Origin: a virus
Taxonomy: Duplodnaviria > Caudoviricetes
DNA: 40,326 bases
Direction: 5' to 3' (one strand)
Virus record (IMG/VR): IMGVR_UViG_3300040971_000158
Location: 1 to 40,326 of that record
This document shows positions 17,048 through 26,700 of the stretch, piece by piece (positions within the stretch are counted from its first letter, which is position 1; every line of letters begins with the position of its first letter). The notes under the pieces are model-generated. The model worked only from the letters and a program-made list of their open reading frames with translations. It had not been told where the DNA came from and searched no databases. Position numbers and translations under genes: made by a program.

Positions 17048-17322
17048 TTTCTGCCTCCGTGGAGTGTGCAGTTCGGGTTATCGCCTGCAAATTCATAACA
17101 ACAGCATTTCGCGCTTTCCAGCTTGGCATTCTGCCCACAGGCGTGGTGACCGTTGGGGATGTAAAATCCGCCTATGTAACGCCCGCCTTCGCCGCCATTC
17201 TCGCCGCACCACTCGCACTTTTTAGGCGCCTGTTGACGGGCAAGGGATGAAAATAGGGATGCTGCTCCGCTTGGATATTGCATGAGATTAGCCCTCCTTC
17301 TGGATGTTCCGAATTTGTTCAA
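17044..17322 (-). CDS. Cys-rich hypothetical protein (start uncertain)
   Basis: CEWCG, HHAC, and CCCYEFAGDNPNCTLHG. Confidence 0.55.
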   Translation of the reverse strand: MNKFGTSRRRANLMQYPSGAASLFSSLARQQAPKKCEWCGENGGEGGRYIGGFYIPNGHHACGQNAKLESAKCCCYEFAGDNPNCTLHGGRK

Positions 17323-17806
17323 TCGTCAGGCGCATATTGCTAAATTCGTTTTGCGCCAGCGCGATCAATCGGATTAACTCGGCCTGGTCGCGCTTTTTTA
17401 GGGCGTCGAGCAAATAATTGCTGGATTGCTCGACAGACATTGCGCAGGAATCTACCAACCCGTTGATTTTGTAAGTTGCGCGTTTGATGCGCGGTTTGGC
17501 TTCGCTTGCTTTGGCCGCGCGCTTGATGCCGCGCTGGTAGTCGCCTATGGCCATAAAAAGCCCGGTGCAAGAGAAGACCACCAGACCCAGCAGCCCGGCT
17601 TTCCACGAGAACAGGGAAATCAGCCCCAGGGAGACCAGCACACCGCCGATCACATACAAAGACCGGTTGCCCTTGGTATCCCCCTCGACAATGCGGTTGT
17701 ACCAATAGCTGAAAACCAGCGCACCGATCAGCGCGCCCACCACCAGGGCCGGAAAAACGTGCATTTTCGACGCAAATTCGTTCAAAAAGTCGCCCATTTT
17801 CACCAT
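17288..17806 (-). CDS. Three-TM membrane protein
   Basis: Three hydrophobic helices and a helical C-terminal domain. Confidence 0.7.
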   Translation of the reverse strand: MVKMGDFLNEFASKMHVFPALVVGALIGALVFSYWYNRIVEGDTKGNRSLYVIGGVLVSLGLISLFSWKAGLLGLVVFSCTGLFMAIGDYQRGIKRAAKASEAKPRIKRATYKINGLVDSCAMSVEQSSNYLLDALKKRDQAELIRLIALAQNEFSNMRLTIEQIRNIQKEG

Positions 17807-17821
17807 AATTCATCCTTTTTG

Positions 17822-18010
17822 TTATGCTGAAATAAGATCAAAGTTTTGAGCTTCGTTAGAGACATATACTTGCAGGTCTTCACATTCGATTCCCTGCTGG
17901 TAACGCTCGATGACGGTGGCCAGCGTAGCCAATGCAGCGCGCCAGGCAGCCATCTGACCGTCTGTCTGCATCTCTACAAAATTGGCGCGCGTCTGGCTGG
18001 TGTACTTCAT
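17822..18010 (-). CDS. Hypothetical protein
   Basis: Fills the early operon directly after the Cro-like gene. Confidence 0.55.
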   Translation of the reverse strand: MKYTSQTRANFVEMQTDGQMAAWRAALATLATVIERYQQGIECEDLQVYVSNEAQNFDLISA

Positions 18011-18012
18011 AG

Positions 18013-18228
18013 CTACTCAGCGATGGATCGATAACCAGCCCGGGCAGAGTCGTCATCAACAGTCGGGAGCAACTTCAGCCCTGCTAATGTGTCATACTCG
18101 CGCTTTACCAAAACGCGGAGCTGGGCGGCTTTGCTGCGCTCATGGGCCGCGGCGATCAGGCCCAACATGCGGCTGGTTTCCAGATCGGTCTGGATGGTGG
18201 TCAATTTGGTTTCGTTTTCGTCTGGCAT
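18013..18228 (-). CDS. Cro-position regulator, ribbon-helix-helix-like
   Basis: AGGAG RBS; TTIQTDLETSRMLGLIAAAHERSKAAQLRVLV fits an Arc/CopG pattern; divergent from the repressor. Confidence 0.65.
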   Translation of the reverse strand: MPDENETKLTTIQTDLETSRMLGLIAAAHERSKAAQLRVLVKREYDTLAGLKLLPTVDDDSARAGYRSIAE

Positions 18229-18273
18229 GTCGTCGTTCTCCTGTACTCTTTTTGTGTCCAACTGGATACAATC

Positions 18274-18303
18274 ATTATATATTGACAATCTATAGATTGT
18301 CAA
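18274..18303 (-). promoter_or_regulatory. Consensus early lytic promoter
   Basis: TTGACA (18303-18298)-18 nt-TATAAT (18279-18274). Confidence 0.85.
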
Positions 18304-18305
18304 TA
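18280..18305. promoter_or_regulatory. 26-bp perfect palindrome, putative operator
   Basis: TATTGACAATCTATAGATTGTCAATA, covering the -35 element and spacer of the early promoter. Confidence 0.75.
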
Positions 18306-18359
18306 GTTGGAAACAATGAATTTCCAAAAGTACCCTATTAATAAGTGACAATTGGACGC

Positions 18360-18713
18360 ATGAAGTTCAACGACTGGATACTTGAAAGATTAAATGAGTT
18401 AGATTGGTCACAAGCCGATCTCGCTCGTAATTCAGGTTTAACCCGCAGTGTTATTTCAAAATATATGGCAGGGAGAATTCCTGACGAAAGTGCTTTGCGT
18501 CAAATCGCAAAAGCCTTCAAGATTTCCCCCGAATCTGTATTTCGTGCTGCTGGTATTTTGCCTCCAAGCGTAGAAGATCCTTGGGTGTCCAAAATGAATC
18601 ACAAGATAGAGTTATTGACTGGCCCGCGCCGCGAAATGGCTGAGCGCCTGCTCGATACGATGCTTGCCGAACAAGACCGCGAAACCCGCGAAATCAAACA
18701 TTCCCGCATATAG
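18360..18713 (+). CDS. XRE-family HTH prophage repressor (cI-like, no S24 peptidase domain)
   Basis: WSQADLARNSGLTRSVISKYMAGRIP...LRQIAKAF...VFRAAG. Confidence 0.9.
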   Translation: MKFNDWILERLNELDWSQADLARNSGLTRSVISKYMAGRIPDESALRQIAKAFKISPESVFRAAGILPPSVEDPWVSKMNHKIELLTGPRREMAERLLDTMLAEQDRETREIKHSRI

Positions 18714-18714
18714 C

Positions 18715-19095
18715 ATGAAAAAACGACTATCCCTCCTGCGCCTGCTGCACCTTCGGCTGGTCTATGCCTTATCTATAGAAATTCTTACTCTGTTTGAATT
18801 CTTCAATATGCTGGCCATGGCCATTGATGCTTTTGCTCGCGCTTTGCCATACCCGTTCATCGACCACCGCGTGCGCGCCGCCTATTACGACATCAGCGAT
18901 CGCCGCTCCGAGCGCGGCAAAATCACCCCGCGCATGGCCATGATAGTCTGTGCATCCATGGCGGCCATTACTGCTCTCTCGCTGGCCTATGTAGTCATGT
19001 CTGACCCTGTTTTTGTTGTTCTGCCCCCGTTGTTTGCGGTTTATGTGATCTTTGTTCTGCTGCGCGATCAATACCGCTACGCCCGAGCCGCCTGA
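18715..19095 (+). CDS. Membrane protein in the lysogeny operon
   Basis: ATG 1 nt after the repressor stop; 2-3 hydrophobic helices. Confidence 0.65.
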   Translation: MKKRLSLLRLLHLRLVYALSIEILTLFEFFNMLAMAIDAFARALPYPFIDHRVRAAYYDISDRRSERGKITPRMAMIVCASMAAITALSLAYVVMSDPVFVVLPPLFAVYVIFVLLRDQYRYARAA

Positions 19096-19120
19096 AGCCA
19101 GATCATACGTGTGATAAACC

Positions 19121-19300
19121 ATGCCAATCCTTGCCAGCTTTCTGCTCAATGCTGTTTGCGCCTGGGTTGGCCTTTTGCTTTTATCCATCCCGCTTTGCCT
19201 GTCATCCCCGGAACTCTTACCCACGTCACGCCGTGATCTGATCCAACACGTACTCACAGTGCTGCTGCTCGCCTTATCGCTTGCTGCTTTGGCCGCGTAA
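19121..19300 (+). CDS. 59-aa two-TM protein (not in the ORF track)
   Basis: Hand translation MPILASFLLNAVCAWVGLLLLSIPLCLSSPELLPTSRRDLIQHVLTVLLLALSLAALAA*; fills the gap between neighbours. Confidence 0.55.
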   Translation: MPILASFLLNAVCAWVGLLLLSIPLCLSSPELLPTSRRDLIQHVLTVLLLALSLAALAA

Positions 19301-19309
19301 CATTAGGGA

Positions 19310-19957
19310 TTGGAAATGAACAATAATTTATCTGAAGGAATCTCTGCACTCAAAGCAGGCAACCGGGAAGCCGCCCGGAGTTACCTGGCTCAGGCCCTGC
19401 GCGAAGATCCCAACAGTGAGCGCGCCTGGCAGTGGATGTACAACGCCGCCAATAACGACAGCGAGCGAAAGAAATGTCTCAACGAGATACTGCGCATCAA
19501 CCCCGCAAATCAAAAAGCCGCCCAAATGCTTGCGCAGACGGACGGTATAAATATTGCCAAAGTTCAAGATAAAAGCGTTGATGAGTTTCGAGAAACGATT
19601 GAAACCGTTTCAGGCCAGGAAAGGAAGAAAAACCAAAATATCGTTATTGGTATATTAATCGTTGTTATATTGTGTATTCTCTCCTGTGCTTGCCTGTTTG
19701 TTTATCTAAATTTTGCTGAAGTAGATACCCCAGACGAATACCTAAAAGAATATGGCGGCAGTCCTGAAGTATATGCGGAGCTGCTCACATCTAACGATTG
19801 CAACGCACTTCAAGAAAGCTTTGACCAGGCATACTTGAATAACCAGCGGCATGAGCCTGGTACAAATGGCGCAATGTGGACCAGTGGGTATATGACAGCG
19901 GCTCACCAGAGAATGGAAGAAATAGGCTGCTACGAACAACAGCCCCAGAATCCGTGA
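19310..19957 (+). CDS. TPR-like N-terminal domain, single TM, extracytoplasmic domain
   Basis: GISALKAGNREAARSYLAQALREDPNSERAWQWM...CLNEILRINPAN; TM IVIGILIVVILCILSCACLFVYL. Confidence 0.8.
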   Translation: MEMNNNLSEGISALKAGNREAARSYLAQALREDPNSERAWQWMYNAANNDSERKKCLNEILRINPANQKAAQMLAQTDGINIAKVQDKSVDEFRETIETVSGQERKKNQNIVIGILIVVILCILSCACLFVYLNFAEVDTPDEYLKEYGGSPEVYAELLTSNDCNALQESFDQAYLNNQRHEPGTNGAMWTSGYMTAAHQRMEEIGCYEQQPQNP

Positions 19958-19970
19958 ATTTCAAAAACAA

Positions 19971-21626
19971 ATGTCATCTGCCCTTGACCCGATCATCCCG
20001 CCCCCGCCCGCCCTTACGCCCGGATCAACCGTCTGGGCCTATTTGCGCGATTCGGGCGGCAGCGGTCAAGACCGATCGGTGGAACAACAGCGTCAGATCG
20101 TCCATGAAGTCTGCGCCCGCTACGGACTGATCCTCGAGCATTTATTCGAAGACGCCGCCATCTCGGGCAAATCCACCTCGGGCCGTTCCCAGTTCGATCA
20201 GATGCTATCCCTTTCGACCCAGGCCGACAAACGTCCGCAAGGCCTGCTAATCTGGAACTTTGCCCGCTTTGCCCGCAACACCGACGACAGCCAGATCTAC
20301 AAAGGCATCCTGCGCAAGCGCGGCATTATCATCCATTCCCTCACCAACCAAATCCCTGAAGGCCCTTTTGCCGCTGTCATTGAAACTCTGATCCATGTGG
20401 CGGATGAGCAAAAACGCGCTGAAGCTGCCGCGGGTGCCTGGCGCGGCCTGCACTCGGTCGTGGCCCAGGGCGCCGTCCCTGGCACTCCGCCGCGCGGTTT
20501 TATGCGTGAGCCGATGACTGTCGTCAGCGAACGCGGCGTATCCCGCATCGCCCACCGCTGGGCGCCCGATCCCGAAATGACGCCCCGCATCCGTAAAGCC
20601 TTCGCCATGCGCGCCGAAGGCCGCTCGCTGAAAGAGATCAAGGCCGAAACCAGGCTCTACAAGGATCTCAATAGCTACACAACCTTTTTCGCCAATCGTC
20701 TCTACATCGGTATTTTGGATTACGGTGGGAAGGAATTCGTCAACTACTGCGAACCTGTTATCGATATGGAGACCTGGCACACGGTCCAGGAGATTGCCCG
20801 CCAAAGCGCCGCGCGCCAGCACGTCAAAAGCGATGGACCCAACCACCCGCGCCGCAAGAACTCATCCTTCCTGCTCACCGGGTTGGCATTCTGCGCCCGC
20901 TGCGGCGCGCCGCTCTATGGACATACCTCGGGCCGTCCGCTTTATGCCCCGGCCCGCGCCTATCGCTGCACCCAGGCCAAGCGCAACCAATCCTGTGATC
21001 TGCCCCGTATCCCTGATCACGCCCTCGAAAAACTGGTCATCGATGGCCTGAAGGAAATTGAGAGCAACCCGCATTACATCGAAGAAATGCACGCCCAGGC
21101 CCTGGACAAATCTCAGAACGCCGCCGGCGAAATAACCGCCAAGCGCCGTCAGATCAACGCCGATCTCAAATCAGCCCGCGCCAAACTGACCAACGTCACC
21201 AACGCCATCGAAGCCGGTGGCCACACACCCGCCTTGCTTGCGCGTAACGCCGAGCTCGAAACTGACATTGCCAGCATCCAAACCAGCCTGCGGGCGATTG
21301 CCGAAACATCTGCCGAATCTGCTCCGCCTGAAAGCGTAGAAGAGATCCGTGAGCGAATGCGCCTGGCCTGCCTGGCCATCGAGCATGCCGCCACCCCTGA
21401 AGAAACCCAAACTATCTTGCGCGGCATCCTGGCCCGTGTCGTCGTCGAGCGCCACGAGAACGAGCTTTTCCTTGGCCTCGACATCTGGATTCCTAAAAAA
21501 AAAGCCCATCCACCCCCTGAAAACGATGAAATAAATTGTGTGCCTTCATTGAGCATCCCCGTGGGGGCACAGGTCTATAGGCACACAATTGCCGCCGTTA
21601 TAACGAAAAAGCCCCGCTCGAAATGA
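19971..21626 (+). CDS. Large serine integrase
   Basis: AYLRDS catalytic Ser, FEDAAISG..GRSQF, recombinase domain (NRLYIG, EPVID...W..VQ), zinc ribbon CARCG...YRC...C, coiled coil. Confidence 0.95.
   Translation: MSSALDPIIPPPPALTPGSTVWAYLRDSGGSGQDRSVEQQRQIVHEVCARYGLILEHLFEDAAISGKSTSGRSQFDQMLSLSTQADKRPQGLLIWNFARFARNTDDSQIYKGILRKRGIIIHSLTNQIPEGPFAAVIETLIHVADEQKRAEAAAGAWRGLHSVVAQGAVPGTPPRGFMREPMTVVSERGVSRIAHRWAPDPEMTPRIRKAFAMRAEGRSLKEIKAETRLYKDLNSYTTFFANRLYIGILDYGGKEFVNYCEPVIDMETWHTVQEIARQSAARQHVKSDGPNHPRRKNSSFLLTGLAFCARCGAPLYGHTSGRPLYAPARAYRCTQAKRNQSCDLPRIPDHALEKLVIDGLKEIESNPHYIEEMHAQALDKSQNAAGEITAKRRQINADLKSARAKLTNVTNAIEAGGHTPALLARNAELETDIASIQTSLRAIAETSAESAPPESVEEIRERMRLACLAIEHAATPEETQTILRGILARVVVERHENELFLGLDIWIPKKKAHPPPENDEINCVPSLSIPVGAQVYRHTIAAVITKKPRSK
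21534..21590. other. Putative attP inside the integrase 3' end
   Basis: Perfect 12-bp inverted arms AATTGTGTGCCT/AGGCACACAATT around a 33-bp spacer centred on ATCCCCGTGGGGGCAC, which looks like a tRNA 3' end. Confidence 0.7.
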
Positions 21627-21636
21627 GCGGGGCTTT
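21606..21636. terminator. Bidirectional intrinsic terminator between the integrase and tail fibre
   Basis: AAAGCCCCGCTC-GAAAT-GAGCGGGGCTTT between convergent genes. Confidence 0.85.
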
Positions 21637-21699
21637 CGCTATTTTCCGTGGCCCGATCGACAGACCATAATTCTTCCAGCCCCGACCAATTATTAGGTA

Positions 21700-23751
21700 T
21701 TAGAAGCAATCCCTGGGCAACAAACCCCTTGCGCAAACAATCCTGTCCGCATACATATCGGCTCCGCCCGCCGTGCCACTATCTGCATACAGCCTAATTC
21801 TCACAAAGCTGGACGTAATTGGTATGCGAGCGCTGACAACGACCCAAAACCACTCATCATAGATTAAGTATCCGCGTTGGGTTACTCCACCTCCTGTATA
21901 AGAGATGGCAATTCGTCCTACCGATCCAGCTTGACCAGCAGGTACGCGGATTCTGGCGGCAGCGGTAATATATTGACCAAGCACAAGATTCTTATTTATG
22001 TCCTGATATATTTGTGATTGTGATCCTGGCGCGGTAGCCTGCAACCGAACCGAATACAGATTTTGAGACTCAAAAAGCGTAGTCTCCTTACTCAATGTGC
22101 AATTATCGGGTGTCCAGTTAGTGAGTGTTGGCGGAGATGCAAAGCTTGCAAAGTCCCCATTTTTTAGCAAATTGATTGAAGGGGTTGCGAGTGAAGATGG
22201 CTGTGCTTGCCTGGGTTGCGCGTTGACTCTGGTTAAAAACAATGTCACGATGGCGTCGGTCCACAGCCTATTACCGTCCGAGTTGGGATGTACGCCACCC
22301 GCTAATATATAGTCTTCGGGAGAGCCTGTATCCAAAAACACCTTGCATATGTCCACAAAGCCATATCCGCGCATTTCTGCGATTTGCCGAAAGCGTAGTG
22401 CTCGATGTCCAGATATATTTGCCGTAACGCCCGCATCATAGCGCGGGTTCTGGCTCATTATGACGAGCGTCGCTTCTGGAGCAACAACCCGCAGCGGTTC
22501 TGTCAATGAGAGAGCAACGCTTTTTGTTAGCTCGTATGCAGCTTCGCTTCCCGTTGACCCCTCGTTATGACCGTAGTTGATAAATATCAGATGCGGAAGG
22601 ATTTCTCCAACCTGTTTGGCTATGTTATTTCCACAACTGTAGACAAAAGATTTCCCATCAGTCGATCCATTATAGGCGTTGATGTTGAAGCTTCCGCTTC
22701 CGTCTTCTACCGTGCTCAGTGCACTATATGATTTTGTGGCATCGCTCCATGTTGCATATTTGAGTGTATAGGCAGGGTAGAGCGCCTGCAAATCCACCAT
22801 TGCCAGGTAAAACCATTCGTCCGTGCCGTTCCCCGTACTATCTCCAACAACGACTATCGTAACATCGGTGATGCCTGCCGCAAGCCGTTGAATCACTCCC
22901 TGCATTACAGGAGCAGATTCCAGCCCGCTGCTTAGGTCTTGGGTAAGTTCCTCCATCGTGCGGTTTGTCAGCTCACCACCCACCTGCTGGATGATATCGC
23001 CATCTGCAAATGTCAGCCCAGAAATCTGGGTCAGCGGATCACTCAGTGGCTGATAGCCGGATAAATCGACCTTGCCCGCCTCGGCAAACCGTAAATCAAA
23101 CAAATCTGCGTTGAACTGTGTATTTCTTATCGTTATCTGCCCGGCGTACAGGCGCACAGCACAAATCAGCCGATGCCCGCTGGGTAGGGCTGGAATATCT
23201 TCCTTCACCAGGGCAAAAATATCGTCAACAATGTCGCCATTTGTTGCCGTGAGCGCTCCATCGGATGCAATGGTCACCAACACAAAACGCGCCCCGCTTG
23301 CCGGACGGTTATCAGTAAGATCTACAGAATCACCGGCAAAATATATCCAACCCGTTGTGAGCAGCCAGCCAGAGCGCACCGAGAGCACTAATCCGTTTGC
23401 AGTTGGCTGCAGCCACAAAATCTGGCGCAGATCCACCATAACCGGATCAGGACCATGCCAAAGGTGATTATCGCGGTGAAATTTGGTAAAGGAGAACGAA
23501 TAATCATCCGCAAAAACCGCCCGATCTGACAATATTGTCCGCCTGCCGTTGCGCTCTTCAACCAGAACATGTATGCCTGGCGCCGGCGGCAAGGATGGAT
23601 TCCAGCATGCTACAGGCGGGCTGCCGTCCAAAAAATCAACGTATAAAAAGTTGGGTTTGCCTGGCACCACTGGGCTGCTGGTCAAACGACCAGGCCGCCG
23701 CCTGACTGCTGCCTTTTTATTTCGCTTCAGTTTTTTTTCGATTTCCATCAT
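21700..23751 (-). CDS. Tail fibre/receptor-binding protein with SGNH esterase and carbohydrate-binding-like domain
   Basis: VVVGDSTG (block I), NYGHNE (block III), GGVHPN (block V), then an NLLKNGDF beta-sandwich; last gene of the tail operon. Confidence 0.75.
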   Translation of the reverse strand: MMEIEKKLKRNKKAAVRRRPGRLTSSPVVPGKPNFLYVDFLDGSPPVACWNPSLPPAPGIHVLVEERNGRRTILSDRAVFADDYSFSFTKFHRDNHLWHGPDPVMVDLRQILWLQPTANGLVLSVRSGWLLTTGWIYFAGDSVDLTDNRPASGARFVLVTIASDGALTATNGDIVDDIFALVKEDIPALPSGHRLICAVRLYAGQITIRNTQFNADLFDLRFAEAGKVDLSGYQPLSDPLTQISGLTFADGDIIQQVGGELTNRTMEELTQDLSSGLESAPVMQGVIQRLAAGITDVTIVVVGDSTGNGTDEWFYLAMVDLQALYPAYTLKYATWSDATKSYSALSTVEDGSGSFNINAYNGSTDGKSFVYSCGNNIAKQVGEILPHLIFINYGHNEGSTGSEAAYELTKSVALSLTEPLRVVAPEATLVIMSQNPRYDAGVTANISGHRALRFRQIAEMRGYGFVDICKVFLDTGSPEDYILAGGVHPNSDGNRLWTDAIVTLFLTRVNAQPRQAQPSSLATPSINLLKNGDFASFASPPTLTNWTPDNCTLSKETTLFESQNLYSVRLQATAPGSQSQIYQDINKNLVLGQYITAAARIRVPAGQAGSVGRIAISYTGGGVTQRGYLIYDEWFWVVVSARIPITSSFVRIRLYADSGTAGGADMYADRIVCARGLLPRDCF

Positions 23752-26700
23752 GTCGTTTCCGGCTCGCCATAGAAAAATTCTATATTGTAGGCACTCAAGC
23801 CTACATTAAGTCCGCTGCCATATTCATCAGCGGCCCCAAGGTCATACAAATTACCTGTTTTATCATCCCAGGTTGCGCCATCATCGCTGGACATCATGAT
23901 CTTGCCCCGTTTGCGTGTCTGCGAGCCAGCCGCTACACCGCCAATTTTATTGGCGGCGGCCAGCCATACCCCAGGGGTAGGGCTGGCGAGACATGGGTTC
24001 CGCCCTAGTCCATCGCCGTTGTAATTGGGTGGGCTGCCATCGTTGGGCATCAATCCTGCCTGCGCCCAATGGTCTCCACGATCTGTTGTTTTCCAAAAAT
24101 AGCCATCATACCCGGCAATCATACCGGTTTGACCTGATGGGTCAATTGCCAGCATATTACGCACGTCGCGCAAGTAAACATTTTGGTTGCCGCTCAGCGC
24201 GACATCTGCAACAGGCACTTCGCTGGTCGACCAGACAGGGGGGCTGTATTCAGGCTGCAGGACAAATTTTCGTAAAACCGAGCCAGACGAAGGGATAAGA
24301 TAGTAAATTAAATCTCTGCTGTTCCCAATTCTGTGATGGATGGAATTTGCCCTGCTAAATTCGGTAGCTGTATCGGCTCCTTGCGGTGCTCGGTACAAGT
24401 ACTCGGAATCATATTCGGCCAAAAAGTGCATGTAAGTTTCTTCAATACCTTCTGCCCCGCTATCCTGGGCAATATACAAGTTTTTCGCAGCAGACATGTT
24501 GCGCGCATGGGCAAAGCCCCAAAACCTGTCTTTTTCTCCTGGCGGATAGGTGCCCGTCGTAGATGTAGGGCGAATCATTTCCCATGTCTGGCCAAAAGAT
24601 AGTGATCGGACTGCAATAGTCTCTGGGTATTGGGCAGGTACCGCATTTGCATTGTAATAAAGATTGTTTCCTCCACAGATAAACATCGCTCCGGCTATCG
24701 GGTCAACGCATACGCCATAAAAATTATTTGAGCCTGCCGCAGCCCCACGTGGACACCACTCATTGAGCGCGGTCAGGTCCAGGATTTTGTATAGTTGCGT
24801 AGACCACTGGCTCCCTACAATGGGAGCGTAATACACCGCGAACAGGCTGGTCGCGATCAGGCCTGTCCCCATCCGATGGGCGGCTATCTGGTGTATCAGC
24901 CTCGGGGCGATCTCGCTTTCAGCGGCAATGTTTTGGCTGATACAACGCCAGACCGGGGAAGCAACATAGATGTTGCTGGTCGAATAGATCCCACCCCAAC
25001 AGTGCAGTATGACACTACGCATTTGACTGATAATAATTGGCTGCGGTTCAGGCTGGGGTTCAGGCTGCGGTTCAGGCTCCGGCGGGAATGGCGAGAAACC
25101 GATATCACCAATATCATCGTCACCTTCAGGTGGGTCACCATCCACAGACAAATCTTCGAAGCTTTCGGCTTCCAGGCGCAGCTCAACGACCAGTTTGCCG
25201 GTGCGTGGCTCGAACTCATATTCCACCTCGCGCGGAATGGCCCGCCCGGAAAAGTCTTCGCCGCGCGGGTTGTCTGCCGCATCGATGCTGATCTCGACAT
25301 ACTGCGCCGGCGCAATCGAGATTGCCCGGTTGTTTGCAGCCAGGATGACCGGTATATCCGGGTATGGGTTATTGAGCCTGCCTCGATGCAGCCCGGCCAG
25401 GCTATTGGATTCGGCCTGGCTGGATGCCGCGATTTTTTCCAGGGTGACAATCCGCCCTTGCACCCCAGGGATGCGGCCCGGAGATAGGCTGTAGAGCGTT
25501 CCCGCCGTTGTCTCGCTCGATAGCGCAATCTGGGCGCACTCAGTCTGATTGCGCTTATCAAATTCGATGCCGCGCCGCCGGTCCTGTTTGCTGATCTCCA
25601 TGATCACCGGCAGGGCGTCTCGCGCTGTGTCATTCAGATATTGCGGATCCAGCTGGCAGAAAAAGCGATTGTATTGGTCGCTGAGCGGGGTAACAAAGCC
25701 CTTGCGCCCGATTTCGGCCAACTGCTCGTAAGCGGTCTGACCTGACAGTTCCAGGGTTGGGATGATGCGCGTATCGCTCAAAGGCAAATGCACATCGACG
25801 ATGTCCATCAAGGTCGTCCGGGATAGCATCTCATGAAAGGCTTTGGCCAGCGTCATCCCCTGGATCTGTGTCCAGTCCGCCGGCGTTCCGCTGACGTTCG
25901 CCAGGTCGAGCGTTTGCATCTCCATCCGCGCCAGCCAATAGTTGGCCGTCTCGATTCTGAACGTTACACTGCCGCGTTTGGGGTTGCTGACGATGCCCTC
26001 CTCGGCAATCCAGCACTGTATGACCTGGTTCTCCGCGCCAGCAAACAGGCCAACGCTGATTTCCTCGCCATTATAAAAATCGCGCGCGAAAACCGTTACC
26101 AGCCCGCCTGGGCGCACCATCTCAGCGTCCACGTAGGCCGTTATCTGACAGGAAAAGCCGCCGTCGGCAAAGCTGCCAACCATATCGGAGAATTTTCCAA
26201 CTGCCGGCATATCGCTCGCATCGAAAATTCGCAGGGTGCGCCAGGCTGTGTGCGTTTTGCCGTTGGCGGAGGTCACCGTCAGGCTGACATGGTAACGCCC
26301 TGGGGCATCGTAGGTCGCGCTGGGTGTCGCCGTTGCGGCGCCACTGCTGCTGAGCGCGCCAGGAAACGTCCAGGCGTAAGCGCTGATGGTCGAGCCGATA
26401 CAATACGATTGCGAGCCATCAAAATTGATGGCAACATCTGCCCCGCTCAGCCAAACACGCCGGTGCGGCCCGGCCATGGCCACTGGCGAGAAATTGGCAT
26501 GCTGGTCGCTGTAGGCGATATCCTCGTCCGCGTATAGGACTCCGTCTGAGTAGGCGAACAATTTGCGCCATAGCTTTCGCTCGTCGATGACCGTGACATA
26601 AACATCGTTGGCGAAATGTACATCGCTGGCAACACCGATATAGATCCGGCTGCTGGTGGCGGCTTTGCGCACACGCGCCTGGCCCAAATCATCCGCGCCG

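Noticed and set aside
21495-21503. A9 tract in the integrase (and G9 at 12968-12976) as phase-variation switches
   Set aside because: The frame is intact and there is no evidence of length variation without reads.
21555-21570. tRNA gene
   Set aside because: Only a 16-nt 3'-end-like fragment; no D arm, anticodon arm or GTTCGA upstream.
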